From: Octopus sinensis
Taxonomy: Eukaryota
Assembly (NCBI RefSeq): GCF_006345805.1
Contig: NC_043000.1
Location: 75,578,001-75,642,000, forward strand
DNA: 64,000 bases
Direction: 5' to 3'
The notes beneath the pieces are model-generated. The model had not been told where the DNA came from. It searched no databases and worked only from the letters and a program-made list of their open reading frames with translations. The number at the start of each line of letters is the position of its first letter. The first letter of the stretch is position 1. The position numbers and the translations under genes are program-made. Shown here piece after piece: positions 59,409-64,000 of this stretch.

Positions 59409-61355
59409 ATGCGACGAGTAATCAGGAGACCAGCATGGTTAAACTATTTCGTCACACCCTACCAGCCTTCGTCTTCTCGCTTCCCATCTCCTCCATCACA
59501 TTCTAGGGGAGTTAACTCGTATCCCGTCTCTCCCCAACCCCTTCCATCGGCTGATATTAGTCACGCTCGTCCTTTTATTCACCCCACAATTCCCGTGATA
59601 GTCAGTTTGCCGTATCCCTTCTGTCTCTCTCCCAGCCGAACCCCACTGCCAGTATTAATGCTCTTCATCCAGCTCCCTTCTCCTCCATCGCTAACCTTCA
59701 TCCACCTCCTCTTATTCACCCCACCCCACCACTCCTGTTACAGCCAGCCTACTTGCATCACCTCCTGCACCCCACCCGAGTCTCACCACCAGAGTTAATG
59801 CTGGTCACTCAGCTACGCTCTCTACCTCCAGCGCCATTCTTTCCCCAACCACCCCTCCCTTCTAATTCTAATACCGACCCCAGTGATACTGCAAGTTCAC
59901 TTCCAAGTTGTGTTCTCTGCACCCATACAAGTTGCTATTTGAAGACCATCAAATGTCACTTGTGTAGTCTAAGTCCCCACAGGAGCTGTGTTACATTACT
60001 AAGGTTCAAGCCAAAAGTTTTTTTAACTGGACATGCACCCGATGTCACTTCAGCTCTGACAGCATTAGTAGGACAGAACCTTGCTCTGAAGTCCAGATCT
60101 TTGTTGAGGATTTTGCTGCCGCCCTCCAGGGCTTGTCCAAGCTGAAGCTCATCAATCGGATCTCTATGGGTGACGGACTCGATTCGCCTGTGTTCTCTCG
60201 AAACTGCTGAAGAACGTCTGCCTATCCAACAACACCTCAGATTGGCAGAAACTGTTCCTGTTCCCTTTGGTCTCCTTCCATGTAACAAATGGAAATAGTG
60301 GACCCCTCACTTCTTCTCCGAAACAGTAGTTTGAGATGTTCGAATCTACCCCAACCACTGTTCATCTCAGGTCGCTGATCACCTCAACCCCGAATAATGG
60401 TCGACCACCTAACTTAAAGAAGGCTGTTAATGCCAAATTCAGCGAATTTGACTTTAAAGGAGCTGTTTGCCTTCTTTCTTTTCTGTCCTCCTTCGTTCCG
60501 TGTACCACGGACTCTCTCAACCATCTGAAGAAGAAACATTCTCTGGCCCTCCCAGATGATCACCTACACTGGCCTGACCCAACATGTTTTCTACAACCCA
60601 TCTTCACCTCTGACAATATCACAAGGGCAATTGCCTCTTTTCCAGTGGGTTCTGGTGCTGGGGTCGATATCTTCGTTAGCTGGTGATGCTGGGCTCAAGG
60701 ATGATATCTCCCTGTTAGCTGGTGATGCTGGGCTCGAACTCCTGGAGAACGTAACACAGTTCATAAACTTGTTCTCGTCCGAGAGTGTCCTTGCCTACAT
60801 TTGTCCACTGTTCTTTGGGGCCAAACTATTTGGTCTCAACAAGCCCAATAGTGACCTCCGCCCATAGCAGTTGGTTGTACTCTGCAACGGCTCACAGCAA
60901 AAGTTCGCAGTTTCTAACTGCTTGCCCAAGGAATTTTCCCCTATTCAGCTAGGATTAGGTACTAAGATAGGTTGTGATACTGCTGCTCATGTCACCAGGG
61001 CTTTCACCAGCTTGCCCTCTGAGTCCTCGAAGATCATCCTCAAACTTGACCTTAAGAATGCTTTCAACTCCATCAGTCAAGACATCATTCTCCGTGTTGT
61101 AAGGGAGAATGTCCCATCACTTAACCACTTTGCTTGGCAAGCCTATCGGGAGCCCTCCTACCTTTCATTTGGTGATCACCTCATCCCATCTGCCTCTGGG
61201 GTCCAACAGGGTGACCCAATTGGTCCTGCCCTATTCACATTGGGTATTGATGATGTTACCAAGATGGGAACAGCTAAATGTCTAGAACCCCAATGGTGCT
61301 TGTTTGAGAGCCCCCCCCCCCGACAAAGTGCTTGCAACTGCGAGGATGATGATCG
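59409..61355 (+). mobile_element. CRE-clade non-LTR element, 5' half (Pro-rich N-terminus, PHD-like finger, RT N-part)
   Basis: CVLC...CHLC...HRSC...WTC..C near 59910-60050; AVNAKFSEFDFKGAV; FFGAKLFGLNKPNSDLRP; IILKLDLKNAFNSIS; GVQQGDPIGPALF. Confidence 0.85.
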
Positions 61356-61705
61356 TCTGTTTTTGTGGTGGTTTGGTCAGGATTACTGGTTTTTGTTCAA
61401 AACTATAGGGTCTCCCATGTTTTTTTTTCTTCTAAAGAGTGCTGTAAATACAAACACAAACCACACGATGGATGCAAATATATTTCTTGGATTGTGTATA
61501 GAAGTAATTGAACAACACTGGGAAACATTTAACAGAAGATTTCATTATCGCACACTAAGACAACTGCGTTGGTCTTTTACAAACAACAACAACAACTGGG
61601 AGAGAGATTATGCTTGAAGTTTACGGCAAGTTGTTGATACAGCAACCTGCGGCTTGCCAACATAATTGGAAACAATTGTGCTATATTCATGGCGGCGGAA
61701 GTTCC

Positions 61706-63999
61706 TGTTATAGATTAGTTAGGCTAAACGTAAATATAATCCGGGACAACAGTATATCGGTGTATTGTTTATTTTGCTTCAGTCACTTACTCACTGTGGG
61801 GACGAGTACGATCGGCTATCTCAATTCCCAGACTTCTCTCCCATCTAACCGGAAAACCCTTTTCTGCGGACTGGCTCACTAGCTAACCCGCAGTGAAGTT
61901 CCTGTCTACAGTTCGTCTGTTATCAGCCTAGGGCAGTGCCCTACATATAGGTGTAAAAACTAGCATTTCATTTTCTGAGCTGAGATTCGAAACCGAATCT
62001 AAGGATTCTCACTAGCCTGATCCATAACTGGCCGAACAGGCACGAGAGAAATTTCTTTGTCTTTATTTCTTTAATTAGGCACAAGGCCTCAAAAGAGAAG
62101 GGACAACACAAAAACAGACAAAACAATACAATGGGATACATAAAAACACATATCGAATGAATTATGGTTATAATGGAAATGAAGATGGAATGGCTTACCT
62201 ACACCCCATAAGCAGGTAGTTCCATTTTACTGTTTTTAAATGAACAGTTCAATATCAATCTTGTATTGGTTGGTTTCCTTTTTTTAAAATTCACACAAAG
62301 TCACTTTTTATAACATATACTCCATTAAATCTTCGAAGACCATCACCTGTGGCAATTCATCGTAACCAATTTCCATCCCTGTCATCTCTATTCTTTCACC
62401 AAACAACTCCTTCAGTCCTCTTTCTTTTCCCAGCAAAACAGCTTTCAACCCTTCATTATTCTCTTTGGCCGCTAATTTCACTCTTATAACGTCCTTCATC
62501 TTGGCAATCTTTTTCTATATCTCTACACTTTTTGGGTATTGCACCATTGTTCTCAGGTTCCTCCCTTTTGGGTGTCACTCTCCTTCTCTCCTCACCAATC
62601 CCCTCCTCTACCGCAGGCTTTTCTATCTCTGTCTGTCTCTTATTCTGTGTTGCTATTATCTCTCTTTCATTTTCCTTTCTCTTTTGTACTCTTTCCTTCT
62701 TGCTAGTTGATGGTCTCTGCGTTCATTCCTCACTTACTTTTGTTGACTTTTCATTTTTCTCTTCTCATTCGTATTCTCTTGTTTTTCACTCTGTTTCGCC
62801 TCTCCACTCGCCTTTCTTTTCTTCCTCGAACTTTTTGGTGGTGAGTCTGTACTCTTCTTTCTTTTTACCACTGTATATTGCTCTTCCATTTTCTCCTCCT
62901 CCAAGGTTGCATCCTCTTCTTCCTGATATTCCTTCTCTACCTCCTCCTCTTTGTATTTCTGGAGAAACTTAGCTTTCATGGTCCCCTTACTCCACATAGA
63001 AAACATACAGGCGGTCTTTCACCACTATTCTTAACTTTGTTTCATCTAGCAGTACTAGTTCTTCCACAATCTTGTGGAGGTCTGGGAGGCTTATATGGAC
63101 CAATACCTCCACCAGTTCACCTCCATAGTTTTCGAAATTTTCAATATTTCAGTATTTTCTGTATTGAAGAGAACGACTGCCACCAGCCATGCCTCATCAA
63201 TTTCTGGGGGCACACTACCTATTCTTACTCTGGCCACACGTTTGCCACAGTAAGTCGGCAGCAGTGCCCACTTCGCTGATCTAAGGCACAGTGGAGTATT
63301 TTCTCGCTTCTTCTTCACTCATGAAGTGTACCTCCATTGTGCTGTATTTCCTTCCTCTGGTGTAGTACGTCGTTACATTCTTAATTTCTCTCAGGCACTT
63401 CTCGACTGCTGCTATTTCCATCTTTTTCGTTACAATATTCAATGTTCTGTATACAATTATTTTCTTTACCATTTATCCTGTCCCTTCCTTGGGAGGCATC
63501 AACCTCAGGCTATCTCCATCCTTTCTCAATAAATCATTATATTTCTTGAAGCTTTTCTCCTGCAATTTAATTTCTCTAACTTGCAGTACCTCTGCAGACA
63601 GTGCCCGCTTGCACTGGTGTACCTTCCATCACAATATTGTTCACAACTTCACTCATAAATGGGAAAGAAAATTAAAAAAAAAACAGGTAACAACAATCCA
63701 ACAATTCAATGAATAACAGTTTAACAATAACACTACTCACATGGAGCGTGAAAGAAATTTCTTTGTCCTGTCAAAAAGTGATTGATGGATTTCCATTCGA
63801 CCTCCGACCTGAGCTGTGTCACCGAAGGTTCATCTGGACAGCAAGTGACCTAGATAGGTAGAAACTACTCCTATGGTATGCCTGTTCTTCTAGCTAAGAT
63901 TACTATTATAAATACAGTTAGATACACGATAGATAGGCAGACAGCTTGCGACAGTGAAGCAGCCAACAGTCACAAAGTCAGCATTAACGACACACTACA
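61706..63999 (+). repeat. Probable LTR (about 590 bp) interrupted by the 62062-63752 insertion
   Basis: TGTTA...CTACA termini and TATAAATA at about 63907; right flank is outside the window. Confidence 0.35.
62062..63752 (-). mobile_element. ORF1-only (HAL1-like) non-autonomous L1/Tx1 derivative, 1.69 kb
   Basis: 15-bp TSD AGAAATTTCTTTGTC (62047-62061 / 63753-63767). ORF1 remnant homologous to the 51715-52020 Tx1 ORF1 (VEKCLR...RG..Y.T.EV; VPPE.D..WLV..VL); degenerate CFLCGVRG knuckle; no APE or RT motifs; ends in aataaa. Confidence 0.75.
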
Positions 64000-64000
64000 A

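Noticed and set aside
59409-59460. Gypsy integrase C-terminus (RRVIRRPAWLNYFVT)
   Set aside because: There is no integrase core upstream or PPT/LTR downstream; it reads on into the CRE N-terminal region, so it is left as part of CRE.
61440-61700. Possible Helitron or host coding fragment (end of ORF 60871-61617)
   Set aside because: No convincing motif; it is read-through beyond the CRE breakpoint.

Overview
This is AT-rich, microsatellite-rich eukaryotic DNA made almost entirely of nested transposable elements. No host protein-coding gene can be supported. The repeat inventory looks like a cephalopod genome, probably Octopus; this is inferred from remembered repeat families, not from a search. 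Non-LTR retroelements recognised from translated motifs: two long RTE LINEs plus several RTE tails, CR1, R4/Dong, HERO, three L1/Tx1-related elements (one ORF1-only), one CRE-clade element split by an inversion, and four Penelope-like pieces. DNA transposons: mariner, pogo, piggyBac, a hAT MITE, two long fold-back elements with 8-bp TSDs, a Helitron helicase remnant and four non-autonomous Helitrons. LTR elements: a truncated Gypsy with a tRNA-Trp-type PBS and a complete 4.07-kb LTR retrotransposon (43172-47237, 245-bp LTRs, CAATG TSD). The top finding is that this 4.07-kb element has no canonical TGG primer-binding site. The 12 nt next to its 5' LTR are instead the exact complement of nucleotides 1-12 (the 5' END) of metazoan tRNA-Phe, which suggests priming by a short 5' tRNA fragment. 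The element also has a DIRS/cellular-type RNase H and a GGGAAAC -1 frameshift site. The second finding is a terminal module (tRNA-like Pol III head + (AAT)n + minimal hammerhead ribozyme) shared by two divergent Penelope elements. All family assignments come from motif recognition by eye; no searches were run.
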